The translations under genes and the position numbers were made by a program. Positions 1-11,904 of a stretch of DNA of 64,000 nt are shown in pieces (within the stretch, counting starts at the first letter, position 1; the number at the start of each line of letters is the position of its first letter). The notes beneath the pieces were generated by a model. It had not been told where the DNA came from. It ran no database searches and worked only from the letters and a program-made list of their open reading frames with translations. The DNA is from Laetmonice hystrix. Lineage: Eukaryota. The stretch covers positions 30,692,001-30,756,000 of the forward strand of contig OZ249436.1 in assembly GCA_965235115.1 (NCBI GenBank), read 5' to 3'.

Positions 1-225
1 TATATATTTATTTTAATGAGAGAGTCAGTGTAAAAGTTAGGAGAAAGATGTTATGCAGGAGGAAAGTGTTTTTCTGTGTCAAGACATGTATCAATCATGT
101 ATTTAAGTCCAGAAAAGTGGCTTGAAAGCTGTTTTCTTCAGGCTAATTTCACTGAAAAAAAATTATGTTGTCACTTGTGGTTTCACAGATAAAATCAAAT
201 CCTTACTGATGTAATTTTTTTTCAG

Positions 226-331
226 AATGAAGTTCGTGATAATATTGCTCGTGGAATGGCAGTCCTTGGCCCATCCATGACTCTGGATGCTATTGTGGAA
301 ATTCTTGTCATTGGTGTTGGTACACTTTCAG
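226..331 (+). CDS. HMGCR: HMGCR exon (sterol-sensing membrane domain)
   Basis: [36 protein letters not shown]; ttcag acceptor, gtgagt donor. Confidence 0.95.
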
Positions 332-427
332 GTGAGTCAAATGTTTTCAGCCGTTAGTGAGTGAAAGTTGATAGTGTTACGCAATGTCAAGCCATTAGTA
401 TATGTGTACATTTATACATACCGTATA

Positions 428-630
428 TGTCCCTTTAGCCGCGCATGTGCGTGTGCAGAAAAGCAGTGCATGGCAATTGATACAAAATTTACGGTACGTC
501 TGGACAATCTACTACATTATGACGTCAATATCAGATAGTACGCCAGTCATCGCCATGCCGGGAAGGACAAAGCTTGTTTGAAAAAATGCGGGGGTGCACG
601 GCAAATAGGTAGTGCGAGGCTAAAGGGACA
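428..630. mobile_element. Non-autonomous TIR element, TGT...ACA ends, TATA (or TA) flanks; Ginger-like or TA-targeting MITE
   Basis: tata|TGTCCCTTTAGCCGCGCA ... TGCGAGGCTAAAGGGACA|tata. Confidence 0.7.
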
Positions 631-721
631 TATATTATTTAGCCCCTTGGCTTACAAGCAAAACATTATGTAACTGTTTGTGTCAAAAGCTATATTTTGT
701 CATAATTTTCCTACATTCCAG

Positions 722-828
722 GGGTAAAACAGCTTGAGACCATGTGTTGCTTTGGTTGTCTCTCGGTGATTGCTAATTACCTTGCCTTCATGACATTCTT
801 CCCATCATGTCTTGCACTTGTACTCGAG
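722..828 (+). CDS. HMGCR: HMGCR exon (membrane domain)
   Basis: [36 protein letters not shown]; ccag / gtaagg. Confidence 0.95.
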
Positions 829-976
829 GTAAGGCTTGTCTCCACTTGTATATATGGATTGTCTATAGTTGATTTGACTTTTTAATAATAAATATCAGAT
901 ATTGAAGAGTTATTTCACGTTTATTAATTGAACTGAAGGTAAATTAAATTGGTGATGTATTGGTCCAAATGTGTAG

Positions 977-1239
977 CTGTCAAGGGAGTCCCTCAATGGC
1001 CGCCCAGTCTGGCAGCTGCAGCAGTTGGCCAAAGTCCTCAAGGAGGAAGAAGAACAAAAGCCTAACCCAGTGACACAACGCATCAAGATCATCATGTCAG
1101 CTGGCCTAGTCCTTGTCCACGGCCACAGCAGATGGGTGACAGCCCTCGCTGAGGGGTCCATAAAGAGTTTGGATGCCAAAGGAGAGCTCACTCGATACAT
1201 CAAGCCAGAAGTACCCCTGTGGCACTTCTACATTGAAAA
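977..1239 (+). CDS. HMGCR: HMGCR exon (includes conserved KPNP lysine region)
   Basis: LSRESLNGRPVWQL...EEEEQKPNPVTQRIKIIMSAGLVLVHGHSRW...PLWHFYIE; tag / gtaaaa. Confidence 0.93.
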
Positions 1240-1565
1240 GTAAAATTACTTATTAATTTTATGAAATCAGGGTGGCCCAAATCTCAAAATTTCTACTAGT
1301 CCCATGGACAACCAGATGATCATTTCTACTTGTCTGGGCTGTAGACTTAGTGGACCAAAGCATATGAAGTTGATGAACAGTGACAAATGGTACTTGTCTG
1401 GATGTAATCTCAATTTGTCCCAGACGGGTGATTTGGGCCAGCCTGTAAATACTGAAAAATTTGTAGATAAAAATAATTTTGGTTCCTCTTAGAAGCATGC
1501 TTTATTTCTGGGAACCAGTCAAGAAAAAAATGTCCTAAAATTGATTTGGTTTGAACTCCTTGCAG

Positions 1566-1780
1566 ATTGTTTCCACCAAGCATAGATTATGTGGCAACAT
1601 TAGGGCTTGGCCTTATACTGTTTCTCAAGTATGTATTCATTGATACGGATGTTGGCCTGGAGCTGGATGTGCCCCCACATGACCCAAAACACCCGCCTGT
1701 AATGATGGAAACCTCGACTGGATATCAGCCCATCACACAGTCTGAGGTCAATACACTCAGTCAACCGCAGGATGAAACAG
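1566..1780 (+). CDS. HMGCR: HMGCR exon (last TM helix and linker)
   Basis: LFPPSIDYVATLGLGLILFLKYVF...QDET; tgcag / gtaccg; phases fit neighbours. Confidence 0.88.
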
Positions 1781-1790
1781 GTACCGGGGT

Positions 1791-1980
1791 TTACAAATAT
1801 TACCTGCAATGTTCTGTGAATCGTTACAAATATTACCTGCAATATGGCCTGTTGTATGAATCGTTACAAATATTACCTGCAATATGGCCTGTTGTATGAA
1901 TCGTTACAAATATTACCTGCAATATGGCCTGTTGTATGAATCGTGACAAATATTACCTGCAATATGGCCTGTTGTATGAA
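1791..1980 (+). repeat. 40-bp intronic minisatellite, 4 copies plus one shortened copy
   Basis: TCGTTACAAATATTACCTGCAATATGGCCTGTTGTATGAA at 1821, 1861, 1901, 1941. Confidence 0.95.
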
Positions 1981-2132
1981 TTGTTTATAAAATGGGTTTA
2001 AGGCTATAATTTATTCATATTCATCCAAAATCTTTAAAAAAAAACAATTTGTAAGTGGAAACTCCACATACACCTGTAGACAACTCTAGATATTTGAACA
2101 TTTAAGTTTACCTATCATGTGATTTATGACAG

Positions 2133-2389
2133 ACAAGGCCATTCCAAATGGAGAGCTCAGCGTAGCGTCAAAAATGGGAAAGAAGCCATCCTTCATCATA
2201 GGAGACTACTCCGACTCTGACTCAGAGACTGAAGTCAAGACCAAGGAACTTTGTTCTGTGGAGACACAGACAGAGATGTGGATGCAGACAGAATCCCTCT
2301 CGGCGTCTGGAGACAATGCTGCGTGTGTCATGAAAGGGTACGACAGACCCCGTACCTTGGACGAGTGCATCACTGTCATTAAGTCTGAC
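2133..2389 (+). CDS. HMGCR: HMGCR exon (linker)
   Basis: DKAIPNG...PSFIIGD...RPRTLDECITVIKSD; acag / gtgagt. Confidence 0.88.
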
Positions 2390-2492
2390 GTGAGTACATT
2401 TAAAATGTTATTGATCAGCCGTATCAGTCCTCCCAGGCAAGTCACAGTCACTTCTGCCAAGATGTTAGGGTTGACTGCACAAGACTAACCAG

Positions 2493-3372
2493 GGGGGTGT
2501 TTCAATATCAGCGTAGGACTGTCCGACCGGGCGACGGACCATGTCCGACCCAGTCGGACAGGCCTATGCAGGCTATGGGTGTTTCAATAAACGTTCGATT
2601 GGCGTCCGACCCGGTCGGACTGTCCGACTTTCTAGGACTACTCGGGAGTTGTCCTAGGCGGCGGTCGGACCAAAAAACATGGCGGACCAACTACTGTTTG
2701 ATTCTCGACATGTCAACTTTGGCTGCCAATTTGAGAAATTCCGCCGTCCTTACTAATGTTTAAAGTGCACTCCTCCTGTAGAGAAGGTTTTCATATTTGT
2801 ATTCCTACCCATATTAGATGTATCTGATAATTATAGCATTCACAGACATAGATTGTTTACAAGTGAACCCATATTCTGCAAGCATGTGGCTGTGCCAGAT
2901 TGACCCACTTAGATTGTGACGTAATCTTCTCAAACCTCCATATATGACCCGGAAGGAAAACCTTGACCTTGGATCAGAACAACGTTAGCAACGTATCTTT
3001 AGCCGAAAAGTGACAGGTTTTATATCTATTAAAATTAAATATATAAATCTGCATCATACAGGCTAATAACGGAAGATCACACAATAAAAATCAGTGAGAA
3101 CTATTGCAGAGTGAGAAGATGTCTCAAAACATTCTTTTGTACGTCACAGAATATATAAGTAGATCAAGGCTTGGGGAATGCACGTTTGTTCGATGTGGTA
3201 TTGTGACGTCGCTCTTTGTCTATTGTCATGTCGGCATGGCAGCGTCGGACAGTCCGACTCGTCGGACATGTTTATTGCAACACCTGACGGGCACTGTCCA
3301 TCGTATGTCCGACTTTTCAAGCGACGGATGGTCCGACCGGGTCGGACAAGTCAAGTTTCTTGAAACACTCCC
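2493..3372. mobile_element. PIF/Harbinger-like non-autonomous element, 3-bp CAG TSD
   Basis: cag|GGGGGTGTTTCAA ... TTGAAACACTCCC|cag; subterminal GTCCGAC/GTCGGAC repeats at both ends. Confidence 0.8.
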
Positions 3373-4092
3373 CAGGATTTTTAGACAGTAGGGTTACAAT
3401 ACATGGCATTACAAGAGACTAATCACTGTCTCGCCGACCAAACTCTGAACCCATAAAGTCTTAGTAAAGGACACGTAAATGTGTGACGTCATTGGGTGGG
3501 AAAATGGCAGGTTTACGCATCATTACATGGCTGTCCCATCAGTATAGATGGCTGTCCAGATAAATTTACATAAAGAAGAAAGCAACTGAGAGTTTGGACC
3601 ACAGTTAAGACAAGGCAGTCAGGATGATAAGGGTTCAAAAGGTGAAGTATTGTGCAACCTGTCTCATGATCAGTTATGATCAGGCCACCTTCTCTCAGAC
3701 AGCTGTTTGATATCAGGTGACTGGCCCAGAAAGATTTGTAGATGATAATATGATATGATTGATTCAGTGGATCCCATTGAGTCAGTCACCAGCTACTGAC
3801 GTGTATCTCCATATGATCAAACAGTCGATCACAGGATGTTTTATTTGAATATAGACTGTAAAATATACAACTCTGACAATACAATGCAAAATGTATAACC
3901 CAGGCTTACCAAACTGGCACGATTGGTATAGATGTACTGTAATCAGTAAATGTAGAGCAGCCCTACTAGTAACCTACAGTCAGACCTTTTCAGTATTGTG
4001 GGTTTTCGTAGATTATTAGGTATTATTTCGTAGAGTTACTCTATCAAGTATATTTAGTGAATCACACTGACTTGTCGGTGAACGTTTTACAG

Positions 4093-4287
4093 GCTGGACC
4101 AAGTGCATTAACAGATGAGGAAATCCTGATGCTAGTAAAGTCCAAGGACATCCCCTCATACAAACTGGAAGGGCGGCTACAGGACTGCCAGCGCGGAGTT
4201 AGTGTTAGACGCCAGCTCATTGCAGAAACACTAACGGATCCTTCTGCTCTGGAAAGCTTGCCTTTCACAAATTACGACTACAAATAT
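4093..4287 (+). CDS. HMGCR: HMGCR exon (catalytic domain start)
   Basis: AGPSALTDEEILMLVKSKDIPSYKLE...LPFTNYDYKY; tacag / gtaagt. Confidence 0.95.
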
Positions 4288-4561
4288 GTAAGTGTTGAAC
4301 AGAGCCTTTCCTCTTGTTGAGTTATAGATTTGCTAATTTCTATCCATGAATAAATATTATTTCAGGTGTGATATGTAAAAGTTGAACTGTAATTATATAA
4401 GTACTAATGCATAAAGGTCTACATCTGGTATAATACTGTCAACTATTGCTGTCATTATGTTGAATACCAATGCATTGAAACATTTAGTCTTATTCCCAGA
4501 ATAATGCTAGTGCATTTTGTAAATTGAAATTTTTCCGCATGATTTTTTGTCCTCTCGTTAG

Positions 4562-4720
4562 GTATTAGGAGCATGTTGTGAAAACGTTGTTGGATACATG
4601 CCTGTCCCAGTTGGCGTGGCTGGACCATTGTTGCTGAATGGAAAGGCATACCAGGTTCCCATGGCAACCACAGAAGGATGTCTTGTAGCCAGTACCAACA
4701 GAGGGTGTAGAGCTATTTCT
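4562..4720 (+). CDS. HMGCR: HMGCR exon (catalytic Glu)
   Basis: [22 protein letters not shown]...[21 protein letters not shown]. Confidence 0.97.
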
Positions 4721-4879
4721 GTGAGTTTTCATCATTTGTATGCTTTATTCTTTCTTTTTGTTTCGATGAATTCATTCAGTGCAAAGTACGGCTAAATATA
4801 TTTTGCTCCAACTCCAAGGCATAAGTCATAAGTCTTTTACATAATAAAAACTGCTGTAATACCAGATTTACCTTTGCAG

Positions 4880-5143
4880 TCAAGTGGGGGCGCCAAAGCA
4901 TTCATCCTCGGTAATGGCATGACCCGAGCTCCTGTTGTTCGTTTCCCATCTGCTGAGAAAGCTGCCGAGGTAAAGCGATGGTTGGAGGTCCATGACAACT
5001 TTGAACTCGTTGCTGAAACATTCAATGAGACGAGCCGGTTTGCCCGACTGAAACGTCTACAGGTTGTACAGGCAGCCAGACTGCTCTTCATCCGGTTTGT
5101 GGCATTTACAGGAGATGCTATGGGCATGAACATGCTCTCAAAG
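4880..5143 (+). CDS. HMGCR: HMGCR exon
   Basis: SSGGAKAFILGNGMTRAPVVRFP...TGDAMGMNMLSK; tgcag / gtaagt. Confidence 0.97.
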
Positions 5144-5410
5144 GTAAGTGGGATCGAGGAATGCGACTAGGACTCAAATATCATAAATATGTATCTAGAT
5201 CAGACAATCTTTGTGACTCTTGCATTATGTTCAACAAAATAGTGGTGTTTCTTCCAAGAATTATGAAACTTCCCCATGTTTATGTGAGAAGAGTCTGTAG
5301 GACAGAAATTCTTTAGACTTTTTATGCTTTTGGAAAATTATTTTTGTCAAAACATTCTCCTTTCCTCCAACTTACCTATATAAATATTTCATCAAAAAAT
5401 TCCATTACAG

Positions 5411-5520
5411 GGCTCAGAGAAAGCTCTAAATGCGTTACATGAAAAATATTTCCCTGAAATGGAGATCCTGAGCCTCAGTGGCAACTTCTGTACAGACAAA
5501 AAACCTGCTGCGATAAACTG
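5411..5520 (+). CDS. HMGCR: HMGCR exon (catalytic Lys)
   Basis: [36 protein letters not shown](W); tacag / gtaagt. Confidence 0.96.
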
Positions 5521-5609
5521 GTAAGTTGTTTTGATACTTTATTGAATGTTTTTATATGGTATACACTTTAATACTAAATTGTGGTTATATTTATTCCTCA
5601 TTCTCCATC

Positions 5610-6213
5610 CATTCGGGAATCCTCGGCCATATCTTCGAAAGTAGCCTCGGGTGAAACAGGTGCCATTTTGAGCATTGCATCTCGGGTACATTTAGCCGGG
5701 ACTCTCGACAGCATGGCAGTGCTTGCAGTATTTTGTCTGCATCAGGCATGGAAGCAACTAAAATAGGCCTACAATGCTTTCCCCGAAGTCAGTGGGCAAT
5801 ATTACAATAGTATCATGTCATGATACAACTTAAATTACAACATGATTACAAGTAGTCCTACCATGTGTCGGGCCAGTGTCGTACGCGTGTCGTACATGGG
5901 CGCGGCCATATTGCTTCCCAGAATTTAATAAATTACCGTATTGACGCCCATTTAGGTAAATTGAGTGATTCATTTTTCTTCTTCAAACGTTCCCCTTCAT
6001 ACCAGAAATTTATATTTGCACATACAACGCCGAAGGAGCGGGTGTCAATAATGCACTACTTCCTGGCTCGATGGGATATGACGGTTCACTCAGTGCCTCG
6101 CTACACACCTCCATTTGGCGGTGTATCTGGTTGCCAAACATGGCCGCTATTCCACCCGAGGGTATATTCGAATAGCAGGAAGTGACGTCATATGCCCGAG
6201 GGAGTCCCGAATG
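5610..6213. mobile_element. Non-autonomous TIR element with 10-bp TSD (MULE/Mutator-like)
   Basis: attctccatc|CATTCGGGAATCCTCGGCCATA ... TATGCCCGAGGGAGTCCCGAATG|attctccatc. Confidence 0.8.
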
Positions 6214-6297
6214 ATTCTCCATCTAATACTGTTTTCTTTGATGCCACGTGGATTGTGATCCTATACTAGAACTGAAGTGGTTTACTTAATGTATCAG

Positions 6298-6502
6298 GGT
6301 GGAGGGGCGTGGAAAGTCTGTGGTTTGTGAGGCCGTTATACCAGCCAACATCATCAAGTCAGTGCTGAAGACGTCAGTTCCTGCCCTCGTCGACCTCAAC
6401 ATCAGTAAGAACTTGATGGGTTCAGCAATGGCTGGAAGCATTGGAGGCTTCAACGCACATGCCGCTAACATTGTTACAGCAATATATATCGCCACCGGAC
6501 AG
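6298..6502 (+). CDS. HMGCR: HMGCR exon
   Basis: [15 protein letters not shown]...[28 protein letters not shown]. Confidence 0.97.
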
Positions 6503-6561
6503 GTCTGTTAATTATGGGATAATTTTGAGATGTGCTGTGTTGTGATCATTGTTGCTAGATG

Positions 6562-7042
6562 CAGGGCTTGACAAATTCCAAAAAATCTACCTGCCCCTAA
6601 TTTTTCTTGCTTTTGGAATATTTGTAAGTTGTAGTTGAAAACTGTGCCGAGCAATGATGTAATCCCTGGCCGAGCTCCTGCTCATCCCAGTTCTATATGT
6701 GTACACGTGTGATTCCAGACGTCTTACCGGGGGTGCGGAGTGTGTATGTGTGCCCTGGGCCCGGTTTTTAGTTCGTCATTTTACCAATCTTAAGACTGGA
6801 AATTTAAGACTGAATTGTGTTATGGCCTCTCATTGGCTGACTTCATTTGAAGGACCAATCAGAAGCTCTGAAACAAGAGTTCAATCTTAAGATTTGAATG
6901 TTAAGACTCGGCTTGCAAACTAAAAACCAGGGCCAGGGGGGCAGAACTATCACTTGCCCATTGTGCATACGGGCTATGAATTACTTGCCCCATTTCATAA
7001 TCAAGTTACTGGGGCAATCGGGCAGTGCAATTTGTCGAGCCC
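6562..7042. mobile_element. hAT-like MITE with imperfect 8-bp TSD
   Basis: gctagatg|CAGGGCTTGACAAATT ... AATTTGTCGAGCCC|ggtagatg. Confidence 0.65.
6758..6934. mobile_element. Small Harbinger-like MITE nested in the 6562-7042 element
   Basis: GGCCCGGTTTTTAGTT ... AACTAAAAACCAGGGCC; internal ATTGG/CCAAT hairpin similar to 11223-11358. Confidence 0.65.
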
Positions 7043-7170
7043 GGTAGATGGACACTAGATGTTCAACTTGTTTTATGCCAATATTGACTTTTTAATATCA
7101 TGTGCCTCAGTATTGTATGAAAAGTTGAATTAAGTTAAAAGAACTGGGTGTAATTGTGTTTGTACAATAG

Positions 7171-7329
7171 GACCCGGCCCAGAACATAACCAGCTCCAAC
7201 TGCATCACAGTAATGGAATCCAGTCATGACAACAGTGAAGACCTGTATATCAGCTGCACCATGCCATCCATAGAAATCGGTACCATCGGTGGCGGAACAA
7301 GTTTACCTCCACAGGCTGCCTGTCTCCAG
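7171..7329 (+). CDS. HMGCR: HMGCR exon (catalytic Asp)
   Basis: [16 protein letters not shown]...[25 protein letters not shown]. Confidence 0.96.
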
Positions 7330-7479
7330 GTATTTATAAACCGGCATAAATAAAATATCTAGAGGTTCAAAAGGTTAATGTTTTCATCTGTTGGTATTAA
7401 CATGGTTGCCATGGGTCTGGAAAACTGGGAAAAGTTAGGAGATTTTATATTGGGAGCTCCTGGGCGGGGAAAAGTCCAG

Positions 7480-7719
7480 GGGGGAGTTGCACTAACGGTC
7501 CTAGAAGCGAATTGAGTTTAGGACCAATTTTTAGCCTTCATAAAAACCCTTATGTCTAAGGCTAAAAATGTGTACATGTATTTACTGTTTTTATTACTTC
7601 GTTTAGTTAAAAGACACTATTAGAAATTAAAAAGAAAATTATAACCTCGTCTTTGAGAATTATTTAAAATCTTGCCCAGTCCTACGTAGGACCAGTCCTA
7701 ACGTTAGTGCAACGCCCCC
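7480..7719. mobile_element. PIF/Harbinger-like MITE, CAG TSD
   Basis: cag|GGGGGAGTTGCACTAACG ... CGTTAGTGCAACGCCCCC|cag. Confidence 0.8.
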
Positions 7720-7924
7720 CAGGAATCTGGGAAAGCTGATAGCATGGGAACCATGTGACTTTAGCCCTTAGGGTCTTTTTCTGTGACCTTTACAGTCCTC
7801 AAGGTGAACTTTAAAAGCTATTTTTTAGCACCCAAACCGAAGAGATAAAGGCTTCTAATTTGCCGTCGCTTGTGAATTTCATCATTGATTAAATGTCTTT
7901 AATTATATTTTGGGTTGGCTACAG

Positions 7925-8079
7925 ATGCTTGGTGTTCGTGGTGCCAGCAAAGGAACCCCAGGAGAGAATGCAGACACACTAGCCATGATTGTCTGTTCAA
8001 CAGTGATGGCAGGAGAACTGTCACTCATGTCAGCTCTGGCAGCGGGACACCTTGTCAGGAGTCATCTAACGCACAACAG
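7925..8079 (+). CDS. HMGCR: HMGCR exon (catalytic His)
   Basis: [51 protein letters not shown]. Confidence 0.96.
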
Positions 8080-8471
8080 GTGTGGATAGATATTGCTATT
8101 CCAACAAGTCCCTTGTGAAATTAGTAAAAAAATAGTAACAGCATTCTTATAACAGTTTGAACAGAATTCGGCTCGGATAGGAGCCCTGAATAATGTTGGA
8201 GATTTATTGTGTAGTCGTTTGATGGTTTATTTTAAATGTCTGGTTGCGAATTGAGTGAATAATAAATGGGGGGGGGAGGGAGGTAGCAATTAGGGATTTC
8301 CAAAACCCTTACATTGTGCTATAACCCAATATTGGTATGAGGGGGTGTCAGAAAATAATTTTGGAATGAAAACCTTTCTGGTGGGGGGGGGGGGAGGTCA
8401 GAAAAATACTTGAGAAGCGTTCTAAGTATTGTTTCACCAGTTTATTAAGGTACCCTTTACTGTCACTTCAG

Positions 8472-8565
8472 ATCGTCCATCAACATGGCACCACCAAGTG
8501 ATACTGTGGCGCCATCTACACCAAAGAAGATGAACCAAGGACGAGGCACTTGTCTGCTTCCCTAA
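8472..8565 (+). CDS. HMGCR: HMGCR last coding exon
   Basis: (R)SSINMAPPSDTVAPSTPKKMNQGRGTCLLP*; ttcag acceptor completes HNRS (AMPK-site serine of vertebrate HMGCR). Confidence 0.88.
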
Positions 8566-10140
8566 CAACAGGAATGCTCCACTGGTTATATTGCAAAGAC
8601 TATTAAAACACATTTGTTTACCGAAGAATTATCAATCGATGGTCCTATCATGAACTGCTAAGCTGAAAAACATTGCGTTTGGACTATATGGTGAAAATGG
8701 TTATCAAGGTTTAAATCTAAACCAAGTATCAAAAAGTAAAAGTGGCTGATTGAGTGCAGTACTTATGACTTCGGTATGGTGTACTTAATTTTCCGTTTGT
8801 AATCCTGCCTAAATATTTTGAACTTGCGATGTTGCTAACAACGGTAGAACAGTGTTAATCCTACCGATGTCGTCTACACTAAAAACGCTATTCCCAAAAT
8901 TTCTCAAACAGGACCCAAAATTAGCAGCTGACTTATCAAGCACCAAGTGGGACCCGACGTGACTCAGTTGATCCATGCTGTGGAATTTGTAAAACGTTTG
9001 AACTCCAGTAAGCCATTGGTACTGAATGTCGACCTAGTCAGAGAAAGAAGTATTATGTGTACAGTTCCTAGGCAATTACTACTAATGATAATATCACTAA
9101 AATGTTGTGAACTGTTGGGAGATATGAACAGCAACGTGTTTATAAAGTTACGGCTGTGATCCCCATTTGTATCGAACAAAAGGTGAAAACGATTTAATGG
9201 GAGGTCTGGTTCAAAGCTTGTATAAAAAATGAAACATTTCAGAATACACTCAGGACTACCCCTGAAAACATTTTTGAAAAGTCTGAGTGTGTAAGTTGTA
9301 CATGGCCTTACCAGGCTCAGAATTTGGGTGTTTGTATTGGGGGGGGGGGGGTGGTGATTCTAGTGAATGTCGATACAGAATCTGTAGCCATTTAGCCTAA
9401 TAACAATTATAACTTCTTTTTAAAATCAAATGAATAATTTGAGATAAAATATGCCAGAATACGTACGTTGTTTAGAAATACACACTCTCAACAACAACAA
9501 AAGTGTCGTTGGAATAGGCAGTGCCACAATAATACGGTTGGGGGGGAGACAGAGGAAAAGAGGTGGAATGAGGATTGTTTCACAATGTTCTTCCTGGCTA
9601 CAAACGTTTGTGCTGTCTCTAAATAAGACAAAGCGAATGAGAGGAATCCGGCTCATACCATCAGTCTTTCACATTTTGTTGGTCTTTGTTTACTCTAGCT
9701 GGAAATCACTTACCGTCTGTTAACTAAGCTTTAAAAATTATAGTGTTGTCAGGGAGTCATTGTATGTTGCTCCATGATGAAGTGAAAGTTGAAACTTGCC
9801 AGTGAGTGTTCACTAACTTACTGCATGTAGTATTTAGGGGAGATGTGCATGCAGTACGGTAATGCTGTGAACAGTAGTCCATTTCTGTTTTCTGGCTTGA
9901 ATTAGTTATTGCTTACTGCTAGCAAAGAACGTCAGTAGAGCTGTACAGAACCGGCAAGAGTGTATTCTTGGTACGGCAAGAATATATTTTTAGTACCGGT
10001 CTAAGTTCTTTATGCTAGGAGTATTGATGGACGCGGGTTAGATTACGGTAGGCTACGGTCTTCATGAGAAATCAAAATCAAATTATTGTCACGGTATTCT
10101 TACAGTAAACATTCCCCTTATAATGACTGAGAAAATGTCA

Positions 10141-10146
10141 AATAAA
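10141..10146 (+). terminator. Candidate polyadenylation signal of HMGCR (~1.6 kb 3' UTR)
   Basis: AATAAA followed by a GT-rich stretch (ttgtgtttg) at the end of an AT-rich region. Confidence 0.45.
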
Positions 10147-11222
10147 AATATTCAATGAATTTTAGTAACTGCATTGTGTTTGAATTGCGCCGTTTGATTA
10201 ACTGAGGGTGTGAATTTATCTCTGTGATCAGAGTGCCCTTGCGAACCTAGGTCTGCCCCCCCCCCCCCCCCCCCAAGCAATTTTAGGCTGCGTACGGCCC
10301 TGCTCACTGATTTCCTTTGGCCACATGACTCCTGCCTTTATGGTAATAGCCATCCCTTTTTAAGCTTTTTGGCGCGGTAAAGCTCGGAAATTGTCGATAA
10401 TCGGTCGTGATCTTTGGCGGGTAATCAAGCTAATCAAATTTGCGATGAGTCCAACCACTAACCAACACCATTGCTTGAACTCAAGACTCGGATTATTGAC
10501 AAGACACTGAATTGTCTGGCAGTGGATACTACCAAGGATTAATACTTCTATAATCCTTGATACTACCATAGGCCTAGCCGAGGAGGTGGAACCAACAACT
10601 GGTAAATGGTAAGTGGCTGGTTGGGATTTGTATGGTCCATTACTGTTACACAAATGAATGTATGCAATATACCGTAAAACGCGGACAATGGGGAACATGA
10701 TCGCCGCGTTTTCCGCATGGCGGCAGCACTGTGCAAGCGGTTCAGGAGGCGACATTTTAGCATAGAATTAGATAGGCTGATATCTGCTAATCTGTGGCTG
10801 GTTGCCATACCGACATTTGTTCTAAAAAGGTATGGCAATTTTTAAAAGTCTTTCATTCACTTTAGTCCAAATGAGTTAATATTATTTAGTATACGGCCCT
10901 GGGTTAGGTCATCCTACAGCACATTAGCATTTCGTCATCCTATCTAAACTTATGCTAACTTACTGCAGCAAGGACAGTGCTGCCGCCTTGCGGATTTGAC
11001 TTGGAATCCCCATTGCGCATGCGTCTAATGTACCCTACGCACCTAAGTATTGGACGCATGAACCATCTCATCAGACAAAATCCATGGATAGGGCGCCGTG
11101 AATAATAGGGCGCACTTGGCCTCATTAAAATTAGTTCCGTAGATATACCATAGGTGGGGCTGCAGATGATGAAGCCTAACAAACATGCAATGCCGCCTAG
11201 TGGTGGCCTAAACCAACTTCTG

Positions 11223-11358
11223 GGCCCAGTTCGTAAAAACGTAAGATTTTGCTTAAGCTTAAGCTTAACGCTTCTGATTGGCTGGCCTCAGTAGACCAGC
11301 CAATCAGAAGCGTTAAGCTTAAGCTTAAGCAAGATCTTAAGTTTTTACGAACTGGGCC
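11223..11358. mobile_element. 136-bp almost fully palindromic MITE (Harbinger-like, CWG flanks)
   Basis: ctg|GGCCCAGTTCGTAAAAAC ... GTTTTTACGAACTGGGCC|cag; arms pair nearly to the centre. Confidence 0.8.
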
Positions 11359-11904
11359 CAGGACTGTTTGTTTAGCCACGTGGTCTTACAGCATGCATGC
11401 TAGGGATGGTAATCCTTTTAAATCAGGAGCCTCCTGCCGTTGGGTCGTCTAGGGAGGTAAACGGGTGTTTGTGGTAAGATGTAAAGGATTATTATTTGGT
11501 ATAGGGCCTATTAATGCTTCATCATGGCTGTCATCATGGGCTGAGACGGAGTAGGCATAGCCTCCCTGACTTCTAGGCCAGTATATATAGGCCTAAAGTC
11601 TGGATAGGGGCCTACATCGCCCGTTATAACTTAACCCCCACAACAACCATCCATAGCGCCCCCCCCCCCCCGATTTTACCACTTGTCTACACCCCTAACC
11701 TTAACCCGAACCCCTGCCCAAAACTTTTGTGGGGAAGTTATCAATTAGCCTATGCTTGTACGGGCCAGGGAATGATATACCTTTCATTTCCACTACTGGC
11801 ATCCCCCAACCCGCGATTAAGATGTAAATTTTTGGCTAAGCATGGCAGAATCCTATCTCTCTGCGATGAGCCGCAGCAGGTGTCCGCGGCAGCCCTGCCC
11901 GGTA

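Larger units (their letters stand above)
226..8565 (+). other. HMGCR: Gene model (partial, 5' end outside window): HMG-CoA reductase, 13 coding exons
   Basis: Exons 226-331, 722-828, 977-1239, 1566-1780, 2133-2389, 4093-4287, 4562-4720, 4880-5143, 5411-5520, 6298-6502, 7171-7329, 7925-8079, 8472-8565. All junctions are GT-AG and phase-consistent. Motifs: ENVVG, TTEGCL, DAMGMN, DKKPAA, GQDPAQN, HNRS. Confidence 0.97.

Noticed and set aside
2760..3190. Nested Kolobok-like element inside 2493-3372
   Set aside because: Left TTAA-AGTGCACTCC has only a weak inverted match and no right TTAA
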